This document shows positions 52,920 through 64,000 of a stretch of 64,000 bases of DNA, one piece after another (the stretch's first letter is position 1; each line of letters begins with the position of its first letter). The DNA comes from Octopus vulgaris (Eukaryota), in contig OX597837.1 of assembly GCA_951406725.2 (NCBI GenBank), positions 16,492,001 through 16,556,000 on the forward strand, given 5' to 3'. A model generated the notes under the pieces. The model was not told the DNA's origin, ran no database searches, and saw nothing but the letters and a program-made list of their open reading frames with translations. The position numbers and the translations under genes were made by a program.

Positions 52920-54540
52920 AACAGAACTAGAGGAGAAGTTTCAAGTGTGAAAACAAGGATTAGAATCGAAGGGCCTTAGAGTCAACCTAGCTAAAACCAT
53001 AGTCCTAATATGTAGGAAGGCAGGCAAACCACAAATCGCTTCAGGTAGATGGCCCTGCTCAATCTGTAGAAAAGGTGTAGGTAGAAACTCTATAAGATGT
53101 ACCCAGTGTAAGCTATGGACACATAAGAGGTGCAGCAATATCAAAGGAAGGCTAACTGGGAGGATAGTTTTCATATGTGGCAGATGCTCAGGAGCTATAT
53201 ATAACACTGAAAATGTGCAGAGAACAACTCCCACCATGTTCCAGGGAGAAAAACTAGAAGTAGTTCATAGCTTCCGTTACCTAGGTGACCAAATCAGTAG
53301 CGGAGGAGGGTGTACTGAAAATGTACACATGGCTGTTCGTACACATGCATCGTACAGTCTACCATGTATGCCATGGAAACCCCTGACATGCTGTCCAACA
53401 TGTCCATTGAAATCAACAGCCACAAAGAGAAGGTCCCTGTCATTCGTCAACGCGGTAGTCTGCAAGAGGGTGTCATAGAATCGGTCTTTCTGTCCATCAG
53501 GTAGCCCTGGCTGAGGGGCATAGGCTGAGATAATGGTTGCTAACCCATGGTGGAGCACTAATCTAATCTTAAGTATTCTGTCGCATACTCTGACTACCAC
53601 AATTACCTTATCTACCCATTTCTGCACAAGAAGTATACCCACACCCCCAACCCCGTCAGAGTTCACTGCCCAGAAAGTGTACCTGTGTTTTTTGCCTATG
53701 AGGAACCTAGCAGAACCTCCTCTCCACCTAACTTCTTGGATGCAGCACATATCAACACATCTCTGTTCAAGCATCTCAACAATCTCACCAGACCTACTTT
53801 CAGTGTGCCCATGTTGAGAGTGCCAACCCTGAGGGTGTGGAAGGTATGGGACCTTGAGACCCTGGGGCAGGGGACAGTGGTGTCATGTACCTTAAAAGAG
53901 AGCTCACATTTGGCAGGATTCATAGACAAAACAACAATAGACTTAAGTTCAAACCGCGTAAACCACACTATCATATTTTGCATTGTATGATCACTACCTT
54001 GTATAGCAGGGTGTGGGGGTGGCGTAAGCCTTTAGAAGTGTTCATGGGAGACAATCAAGGATGACAAAATTGGGACTTCCGGTACAGGTGGAGTGGACGG
54101 GAGTACCGTGAAAACTAGCAGCCATGAAGGGAAGCATCTCTTGGGGAAGGTATTTTATCGTTGTAGGTATTAAGAGACATAAATGAGAGAGAGATAGTTA
54201 ATTTAACGGGACAGCAAATGTTGATAATAGTAAATAGAATTTAAGAATCTGATAGCCAGTCTAAGATGAAATTGGAGACTAAATGTCTGTGTGATGGACT
54301 TTCATGAATGAGGGAATATGTTGCAGATTTAGGGGAAATGCATGAGCTAAATTTATCTTAGACATCGATAAGTAAGAAGGAACTATAGAGTTATATATTT
54401 AACATGAAGGCGTGAAGCTGAAATAGATGGAGTAAAACAGAATAGAGATAAACTAATGAGGGTTAATCAATTGCGCACAAATAGTACAAGGTAGTTAAAT
54501 GGGTTGAATTTAAAGGAATGCTCTACACTTAAATGGAATC
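52920..54540. mobile_element. Rearranged RTE LINE: 5' UTR and APE endonuclease (minus, about 54540-53360) fused to an RT scrap and an inverted PHD/RT piece (plus, 52920-53325)
   Basis: RVGTLNMGTL, CIQEVRW, GVGILL, ISAYAPQ, DFNGHVG (APE), then GRLYDACVRTAM; plus-strand WPCSIC...FRYLG. Confidence 0.88.
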
Positions 54541-54704
54541 AATTGTACTGTCCTTCTCTGGTTTCTGATGACTGCAACCTACACACACAACCTTTGGTTG
54601 CTTTGATGTGGCAGAGTGCAATGTGGTATTCTGCTGAACAATGTTATAGGTTCAAGTGAGCTCTCTAATGACAGCTGACTGCTTTGCTCTCCAACGGGTC
54701 TTAC

Positions 54705-54748
54705 TTCAAAAGCCTTAACCACATCAAATCTGGGGCTAGGCTTCACAT
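54705..54748 (-). CDS. Candidate 44-nt internal exon (D)VKPSPRFDVVKAFE, phase 1 to 0
   Basis: Acceptor ttttattctgacatttcag and donor GAA|gtaaga; only one of three frames is open. Confidence 0.45.
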
Positions 54749-56469
54749 CTGAAATGTCAGAATAAAATGCTAAAAAGGCTTCACCCCACACAAGAGGAAC
54801 TCACTCATATTTCCAGGAAGAAATTAAACCAAATTTAATGGAATATCATTGCAATTCTTTCTACCCGCAGCTGTGATGGCTGTTAATGTAACTCACATAA
54901 AACTAAATCCACTTTTCTAACTATTTGTCATTCATATTCATTCTACACTCTGTATGTGTGTGTGTGTGTTATATTCTTTTACTGGTTTCAGTCATTTGAC
55001 TGCAGCCGTGCTGGAGTACCGCCTTTAGTTGAGCAAATTGACCCCAGAACTTATACTTTATAAACCTAGTACTTATTCTATTGATCTTTTTTGCCAAACC
55101 ACTAAGTTACAGGGATGTAAACACACACAACGTTGGGGGGACAAACACAGACACAAACACACATATATATATACATATATACGATGGGCTTCTTTCAGTT
55201 TCCGTCTACCAAGTCCACTCACAAGGCTTTGGTCAGCCCAAGACTATAGTAGAAGATACTTGCCCAAGGTGCCATGCAGTGGGACTGAACCCGGAACCAT
55301 GTGGTTGGTAAGAAAAGCTACTTACCACACAGCCACTCCTGCACCTATATACATTATGCTAACAAATGTATGTACACCTGAGCAAGTATCATGCAATCAG
55401 TGTTGCTAACCAAATTTGTTTAAATCTGGCAAATGGCTTGCAGATCCATAGTAATTATTAGACCAGTTAGTATTACATTAACAAGACAGCATCTTTTTTG
55501 AATAAAAATTATTTGCAATATCTATATTTATAATTCCATTCCACAATTATATGTAATTTTCAGTTTTATATGCACTCAAATTTTTTAATATACATTTTTT
55601 CCCCTCCATTTGTATGTGTGTGTTTGAGGGTGAGATGGGCAAACATTCATACATGTTTCAGCACAAAAACTTTAAAATTGTCATTCAATTTGTTGATGAA
55701 ATCCTGACTCAGGATTAAAATTAGTCCATCTGAGCTGTCTTGATATTATTAAACATATAATTCATAAAGACATGGTGATGTTTACATCTGTCTATACATA
55801 GAGCATTGACTAAAACCTGTAAGCCATAGTGCAATATGGCACTAAAACCACATCCTAAATATATCAGTGTTTTATTGCATTTCATTGCATAAATGATACA
55901 CAGCATATTAGATGCACTTTAATTTCAAAAGCGCATATTCAGCACAAAAGCTTTTAGTATATTAAAACTTAGGGAGACCCAACTTTGCATATGGGTCCAG
56001 GATTGATCTTTTGAGACATTTTTGGGGAAAGTTTCAGCTGTTGCAAATTGTACTGGCTGCTGGGGTAGTGCCATGACAGTCACAAGTCAACCAAGGATGG
56101 GGAGAAATTCAGTGGGTCAATGCTCGGCAGGAGGGGGAGAGAGAGAGAAAGAGAGTGGGAGAGAGAGAGTCAGACAGACAGGCAGGAAGTAAGTAGTTAG
56201 TGCAGGTTTTAAGGTGAAGTGGAGTGTGTTGGTGTAGGCTAGGGCAGAGGAAGAACACTACTAGCTTGTTCAAAAACTCAAAAGCCATTATTTAAAAAAT
56301 ACAACATGAATATATAACAGACAAGTTGTTATTTCAGAGACATGTTCAATGCAAATACTGGGACAGGTAATATAGCAGATTAACAAAAGATTTTATTCAG
56401 TCAGCTCATTTCTGCCTGCATTTCAAACACAGCTTTTACCAATAACAAAAGAAAGGCTATTATAAGCAA

Positions 56470-56501
<32 letters not shown>

Positions 56502-56665
56502 CTTATATTTGTAAAGCAGTAGAATTGGAGCAGTGGATAGTGAAAGAATTGTAACATCAGCTTGTAGAAAAGTGATGAGAATAAATATAGTTATTTAGTT
56601 CCAGGTTAGCACCATTCCAACACACCTATAATCAAAACTGTTCTCTTTTCTGATTTTTTTTTTTT

Positions 56666-58562
56666 AGAGAGAATCGTGATGTGGTAGGAGAGAAATGTGT
56701 TCGCATGGATGATGGTTCACTTGCGCTAAATGTGACTGCAAAGAGAGAGGTTTGAAGACGCCACTATGAAAAAGTTGCTGAATAAAGAAAATGAATGGGA
56801 GAAAGGGAGTCTGCCGAATGTCGACCCAACTGAGGGACCAGCTATCCGAGTTGACAGTACCTTGGTAGATAAGGTAATTAGAAGTATGAAGACAGGAAAA
56901 GCCCCAGGCCCATCAGGAATTACTGCAGAGATGCTCAAAATATCTGGCGGTGTTGGCTATAGCCTAGTCACCCATATAGTTAACCAGTTGATACACGAAG
57001 GAGTCATACCCAATGACTGGTATAGCAGCATACTAGTCAACTGCTACAAAGGTAAAGGTGACGCCCTAGATACAAATAATTACAGAGGTATCAAACTGTT
57101 GGATCAGGTAATGAAGGTTACGGAGTGGGTCATAGCCCAACTAATTAGAGAGAGAGTTAGTTTAGATGAGATGCAGTTTGGATTCGTGCCAGGGAAAAGC
57201 ACCACTGATGCCATATTCCTGGTAAGACAGCTGCAGGAGAAATATCTAGCCAAAGATAAGCCCCTGTACCTGGCTTTTGTTGACATGGAGAAAGCCTTCG
57301 ACGGGGTCCCCTGATCCCTCATCTGGTGGTCAATGAGGAAACTAGGGATAGATGAATGGTTAGTGAGAACTGTGCGAGCCATGTACAGGGACGCTGCTAG
57401 TATGGTGAGGGTTGGCAACAAGTACAGTGAAGAATTCCGGGTAGAGGTAGGAGTTCACCAGGGTTCAGTCCTCAGCCCACTCCTATTTATCGTAGTCCTC
57501 CAGGCAATAACAGAGGAATTCAAGACAGGATGCCCCTGGGAGCTCCTCTATGCTGATGACCTTTCTCTAATTGCTGAGTCACTATCAGAACTGGAGGAGA
57601 AGTTTCAGGTGTGGAAGCAAGGATTAGAATCGAAGGGCCTTAGAGTCAACCTAGCTAAAACCAAAGTCCTAATAAGTAGGAAGGTAGACAAGTTACAAAC
57701 GCTTTCAGGTAGATGGCCTTGCTCGATCTGTAGGAAAGGCGTAGGTAGAAACTCAATAAGATGCACCAAGTGTAAGCTATGGACACATAAGAGGTGCAGC
57801 AACGTCAAGGGAAGGCTAACTAGGAAGATAGTTTTTGTATGTGGCAGATGCTGAGGAGCAATAAGCACTGAAATTGCGCAGAGAGCAACTTCAGCCACAT
57901 TCCAGGGAGAAAAACTAGAAATAGTTGATAGCTTCCGTTACCTAGGTGACCAAGTCAGTAGCGGGGGCAGGTGTGTTGAAAGTGTAACTGCTAGAGTAAG
58001 AATAGCTTGGGCAAAGTTCAGAGAGCTCTTACCTCTGCTGGTGACAAAGGGCCTCTCGCACAGAGTAAAAGGCAGACTGTATGATGCATGTGTACAAACA
58101 GCCATGCTACATGGCAGTGAAACATGGGCCGTGACTGCTGAGGATATGCGTAAGCTCGCAAGAAATGAAGCTAGTATGCTCCGATGGATGTGTAATGTTA
58201 GTGTTCATACTCGACAGAGTGTAAGTACCTTGAGAGAGAAGTTGGACCTAAGAAGCATCAGTTGCGGCATGCAAGAGAGACGTTTGCGCTGGTATGGCCA
58301 TGTGGTGAGAATGGATGAAGATAGTTGTGTGAAAAAGTTCCACACCCTAGCTGTTGAGGGAACCTGTGGAAGAGGCAGACCCAGGAAAACCTGGGATGAG
58401 GTGGTGAAGCACGACCTTCGAACTTTAGGTCTCACCGAGGAAATGACTAGAGACCGAGACCTTTGGAAGTATGCTGTGTGTGAGAAGACCCGGCAGGACA
58501 AGTGAGTCCATAACACGTGGCCTTCTACATGGGATGGAGCCAGCCTATGATGATGATGATGA
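56666..58562 (+). mobile_element. RTE-clade LINE, 5'-truncated, near-intact RT with PHD insert; two in-frame TGA stops
   Basis: KAPGPSG, YRGIKLL, QFGF..GKST.DA, FVDMEKAFD, GVHQGSVLSPLLF, YADD, FRYLG. ORFs 56766, 57333 and 58041 share one frame; (TGA)n tail. Confidence 0.95.
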
Positions 58563-59003
58563 CTACGACTACATTTACTATATTCTTGTTCTATAGTCCC
58601 TGACCAGTAACAATTTTTAAGTTAGAGTCAGACATGATTTGAAAAAGATTTAACAGGTACTTTTAATGGTTCAAGAGACCATGTTGAAAGTACCCAGTAA
58701 CATTACCAGGTAGAAAACATGACCGATGATGATGATGATGATGATGGTTAGCCCTATGTCAACCTGATCATGAAAACCTATGATCAAATGTGCTCCAGTT
58801 TGATCATTACTTGACTATCACACCAGTGTTGTTCAAGGTATCCTTCTTAATTTAAGACAGTGGGTATAGTTTAAAGGAGTTATTTTGAGCAGGTAGAGTT
58901 ACCACAATGAGACCCCAATGGAGATGGTAATACTGATCTGAAATTAACGTTAAAATTGCCATCAATTTTTTTTCCCTTGAGAAATTCTTTGAAAATGTTT
59001 TAA

Positions 59004-59397
59004 CCCATTAGCATTTAAATCAACCATATCCAGCCAAGATACTCTACCGGTTTTCAACTGGTTAGATTCTGATTTCACACCTACTCTACAATGTCATCCT
59101 AAACATAAACAGTAACAGAATCAAAATCTCAAAACTATGAGATAATGCACAATTAATTCCAAGCAACATAAATAAATAAACATTACATTTGACAAAGTGA
59201 TCTGAATACTAGAGGGTTAAAAGGTTAACCCATTAGCATTCAAATTACTTTGCTGAATGTAATGTTTATTTTTTAACAATTTTTGGAATTAATCAATCAT
59301 TATCATACAACTTAAAGATTCCAATGATGTAACTGTTCGCCACTGTAGGGTAGGTGTGAGAGGCTGGATCTGGCAGGCCAATTTAAATGCTAAAAGG
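59004..59397. mobile_element. Two adjacent, oppositely oriented degenerate copies of the TTAA MITE (59004-59216, 59229-59397)
   Basis: TTAA at 59000, 59217, 59225 and 59398; internal similarity to the 34390 and 17760 copies. A fifth copy lies at about 62131-62352. Confidence 0.8.
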
Positions 59398-60336
59398 TTA
59401 AAGTAATAATATCGTTGCTTTTGCTCAGTCGTTTCTGCTTATTGGACTCAAATCTTTGAGCACATCATCATCTTTGTCATCCGTCCAACCCCAGGACAGT
59501 AAAATAGGTGCCAGTGACAAACATATATAAAGGTGAGAGAGCACATGTGTGTAAATCTATAACACAAACAAACCTGTCTTCTCACACACACACACACACA
59601 AAATACTGATATTTACTTGTTTTCATTTGCTGATTGAAACAAGCTCATTTACATTGCAGAAGTCTCTGGGGAGGAAGATAAAAAAACATTCCATTTCCTA
59701 TTACAATTATATACATATATGTATTGAATTTATGTTTACACTTTACATTTTTTGCAAGTATAATTCTAGGCTATTTTCTTTCAGCAGTAAGAAGGCAGGT
59801 AAGCAATCCCTGATGTGAAAACCTACTCAGTATGCTCTTCATCCCAGTCTGCTGAAAGTTCTGTGGTTCAAATCACAGGCTCTTATTTCACAACTACACT
59901 AAATATAAGTTCGCTAAACATATGGATATGGCTCCAGATACATATTTATTCACAACCCACACTATACTGATAGTCTACAGGCACCCATACACACTATACA
60001 ATTTAGGCCATGAAATTAAAATCACTATTACAACATCCGTTTATGCATGTTTGCATGGGCTGAACTATATATCTATGAGTACACACAGCCATTTCAAGAC
60101 TATTACACAGCTATTATTAATATCCTAATTAGTATTTCTTCTATACGCCTTCCTAATCACTGTGTTTTAATTGATATTAGTCATGTATTTTTATCTTTTT
60201 ATTTTTTTAGGCTTCCTTTTTGTTCTTATTTTCCCCTCCAGTACTGTTGACACAAATCCAAAATGTCAACAAAACTGCTTCTCTTGTTTATTTCCCACCT
60301 CTTCTATTGAACTCTCCCACCCCTTCACACACACAC

Positions 60337-60470
60337 CTATTTTCCACATCCCCATACTTCCTTTCTAAGACATGAACATTCTTGAATTCCTCTCCACGGC
60401 AGAGTTCCTGCAAAAGCAGAGAACTGCACCTTCTGACAAACTGAAGCTGGCATGGAACCTGAAGTAATGG
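60337..60470 (-). CDS. Candidate 134-nt exon PLLQVPCQLQFVRRCSSLLLQELCRGEEFKNVHVLERKYGDVEN(R)
   Basis: GC-richer, apparently non-repetitive segment with acceptor gacattgtag and donor AG|gtgtgt. Alternative internal acceptors (ttacttcag, cttttgcag) exist. Confidence 0.35.
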
Positions 60471-60654
60471 CTACAATGTCACAACAGTCAACTCTTAAAT
60501 ACAGACATAGATACAGGCATGACTGAGAAGTAAGAAGTTTGCTTCCCGAGCACATGGTTTTGGGTTCAGTCCCACCATGTGACACCTTGAGCAAGTGTTT
60601 TTTCCTTAAAACCTTGAATGTATTTGGTAGAAGGAAACTGAAACCCATCATATA

Positions 60655-61500
60655 CAAGGTGGCATCAAAAGGTTCCTGGACTAGTTCTGTAGTGCACCAA
60701 CAGATGGCAGCATACAGCTGCATGTACAGTGAGAGCTAGCAGTGACCTTCATCAGGCAGTGTGCTGAGTGACATTGCTGTGTTTACTTCACAAGTTGTGA
60801 AATTTGCATTTTTGTGGTCATGTGTATGCTGTAGCCTGTAATTTTGTCATGGACAGGAACAAAGAGCCAACGTGAAATTTTGTGTTAAACCTGAGAAGTT
60901 TGCTACAGAGATATTGAGCATGCTTTGACAAGCTTACAGCAATGAGTTGTACATAATGTTTCGAGTGGCATGGGCACTTCAAAAATAGAAGAATGTCTCT
61001 GGAAGACCTGCCACGAGTGTCAGCCCTGGAAATGTGGTATTGTGCATTGAGAATTCATCCTCTAGGGCCAGGTGATGTTTTGAAGTGTTTGAGGGAGGAT
61101 ATTCAGTGAAAATGACCAGGTCTGTGGAGCATGAAGAATTGGATTTTTCATTGAGCTCTCCTCTCTTGTGAATTTCATGCCAAAAACTGGGTATTGCTTC
61201 TACACCCACCCTATTCACTAGATTTAACACTAGCAGACTTCCATCTCTTCCCTGAGATGAAAATGCAGCTTAAAGGTTGCTGTTTTAACACCATTGTTAA
61301 GATCCAGAGTGAATCACAGAAGGTCCTCAACTCCTTTATGGAAAACAACTTCCAGACCAGATTCCAAAAGTTGCAGGAATACTGGGACCGGTGTATTGCT
61401 GTACAAGATGTCTATTTCGAATGAAATGATGTTAAAACTAGGTAAATAAGTTATTTGTTATTAAACATAATTAGTCCAGAAACTTTTTGACATGATCTTG
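60655..61500 (+). mobile_element. Internally deleted mariner relic inserted in a family-A SINE
   Basis: TIRs caaggtggcatcaaaaggttcctggacta and tagtccagaaactttttgacatgatcttg; EQRANVKFCVK...FEWH..FK and HPPYSLDLTLADFHLFP...WDRCI...YFE. Confidence 0.88.
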
Positions 61501-62904
61501 TGTGTGTGCCATTGTGTTTGTCCTTCATCACTGCTTGACAACCAGAGTTGATAGTTTACATCCCTAGTACCAGGTTTTAAAAAAAGCACTGGGGTCAATT
61601 CATTAATAAAACCCTCCAAAGCAGTGCCCTGGCATGGCTGCAGTGCAATGACTGAAACAAGTAAAAGGTACATGTGCACACACTCACATTATAGTAGAGT
61701 ATTACCTGTCAAAGTATGTAATTATGTACAAATCAGGAAATATGCATACAATAATTTTACTTTCATTAAATTTCTTGGTGCTTATACAAAATAGTGAAAT
61801 GAATACCAATTTTTGAAAGAAAAACATTTATTACTTTAAAATAAATTTTTCCTTCGTATAACTTGTCATTCACTCCCACTCCTCCTCCAGCTCTAGGATT
61901 CTTTGCCTCCACTCATCCTATACACCTTTAATATTAAATCTCTCTCTCTATCTCTTTTATTCTTTCTCCCTCTATCTCTATATACACTATAAATCAACCA
62001 ACCAATATTTATATTGGCTATTCGAACTCAAACTAAATGTGTTGTATCCTTCTTTCGCTTGTTCACTCACTGTAAGTGCATGTGTGTGTGTGTGTGTGTG
62101 TGTGTATCAAGCAATATCACAACGATTGAACCTATAAGCATTTAAACCAACTGTATCCAGCCAAAATATTTCACTTGTTCTATGTTGAAATTGGCCATAT
62201 CTGGCTTCTCGCATTGAGCATAAAATACCATCCTAAAAATCAGCAGTTACATCATAAAAATCTCAAAGCTATAAGATAATGCATGATTAGTTCAAAACAA
62301 TGTGAATAAATAAGCATTACGTGTTTAACAGAATAATTTGAATGCTAAAGGCTTAACAGAGTTATTGCCACCATCATTCAATGTCTGTCTTCTGTGCTAG
62401 CATGGACTGGATAGTTTGACAGAAGCTGACAAACCAAAAAGATCCAGTCTGTTTTGGCATGGTTTTTATAGCTGGATGCCCTTCTCAATGACAACCACTT
62501 AACAGAGTGGACTGAGTAGTTTTTCACATGGTACCAGCACTCCTACTTTTTAACACCTCCAAACAACAATCAATTGATTATATTCTTTCCCCCTGCTCCC
62601 CCAAACATCCCTTCATTGCCTGAAACCTGCTTTATACTCAGCACCACTACAGTGATTTAACTGACCATACTACACACAATTCCTTAAGCCTAAAACATAC
62701 ATACTGGACCAGAAAATACATCAGATTCAATCCATTGCTGATCCTCTACAGGGCTCATGATCCACATTAGACTACTACTCCTCTATACACATCCAAGAAA
62801 GTGCTGTTCAGGCTGCTGTCACACCTAGTACCGTCTTAAGGCTGCAATTCTTATCTATGTATGTTGTGGTTTACTGTCAATAAATAAATACAACAGGGCT
62901 CAGA

Positions 62905-63130
62905 GCAGAGGGGGCTTAGTGGTTAGAGTATAGGACTCATGATTGCAAGATTATAGTTTCAATTCCTAGACCAGGCAATGCATTATGTTCTTGGAAATTT
63001 CATGTTGCTACAGTCCATTCAAGTGGCAAGAATGAGTAATCCTGAAATGGTCCAGCATCCTGTCCAAGGAGGAATATATACACCAGAGAAACTGGCCCTA
63101 TGCAACTTATGGGGTAATGTTGACTAACCA
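62905..63130 (+). mobile_element. Degenerate tRNA-derived SINE of a third family
   Basis: ggcttagtggttagag A box, agtttcaattcc B-box-like, 3' cctgaaatggtccagcatcctgtccaagg. Confidence 0.55.
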
Positions 63131-64000
63131 TAGGGTTCAGAGCATTAATTTGCCTAGGGACCTACAATACTGCAAATACAGCTCTGGTTACACCATATAA
63201 AAACATCTCCAAAAGGAGGTCGTCTGACTTGCAAATTATCCTTCATCAAACACACTACAACTTCCGGTATTCAGGTGTGCTGTTTCTATTCCCTACCTAT
63301 TCTCGCGCTACTACAATGGCCTCTGCTCCACTGAGGTGGCTAGTTGCACACCGTCTTCTCTCACACCTGTCTCTCTACCTGTTGTCACATCACACCACAT
63401 ATTAAACAATTTGCCCAATCTTTCTTCCCCAGGACATCAAACCACTGTTAATTCCCATCCTGCCAATAAGCTGACCATAAATTGTATTAATCTCACCAGT
63501 TTAAAAAAACAAGTTTTGAACAAAAGTATTACTACCTCCCCACCAAAAAGGTTAAGTGATAGCCCACAGTTCTTCATGGGTTTTCAAAAGAAAACAAATA
63601 ATTTTTATTTATTTTTTCCTAAATTTTTACATTTGATATAATTCTCCTTTCAGCTTTCAAACTTCTACTGAAAAAGGTATACATTAGATTTTGGTAAAGT
63701 GAACCATGGAGACTCTTCTAGAAACAACAGCCAAATCATACCATACAACAGTAGTTTGCAAGTGTCTGTGAGCTGACTTCAAAATTTGAATCTGTTGAGT
63801 AAACAGGACCTTTCAAAATGCATGAGATCTGTAGAAAATTCATTTCATCTAAATAAAAGGGGCACTTGGCCATAAAACGTTGGGAACCATTGTCTTACCA
63901 TCTTTAAGAAAAGAAAGAAAAAAAAAAAAGCATTTGATAATGTAATCTGATTCTGGTATGGTGGTGAACCCAGATGAGAAGTTTGAATACAGCTGGAATG

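Noticed and set aside
57312-57854. In-frame TGA codons in the RTE RT as recoding sites
   Set aside because: Explained by point mutations (likely CGA>TGA, and TCA>TGA); sister copies have sense codons at the second site.
59775-59860. Micro-exon-like splice signals on both strands
   Set aside because: Frames are incompatible with the neighbouring candidates; could be chance.

Overview
AT-rich, microsatellite-dense eukaryotic DNA. The SINE, LINE and MITE families and the (TA)n/(CA)n/(GA)n load look like an octopus (coleoid cephalopod) genome; this is inferred, not searched. Most of the window is transposon-derived or intronic/intergenic. It contains RTE-clade LINE pieces whose RT carries an in-frame C4HC3 PHD finger, two R4/Dong-like restriction-endonuclease LINE 3' fragments, a Penelope-like (Naiad-type) GIY-YIG relic, two Tc1/mariner relics, an internally deleted piggyBac with a TTAA-MITE family, Helitrons (one probably nested in another) and many tRNA-derived SINEs. 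No complete host gene is visible; a few candidate minus-strand exons suggest the window may lie in the introns of a large gene. The most notable signal is a set of hammerhead-ribozyme motifs, including two fold-back structures that each carry a hammerhead on both strands. The pair at about 52 kb has intact catalytic cores and an extended stem II. Most ORFs in the supplied track are microsatellite or repeat artefacts. All coordinates and pairings were read by eye.
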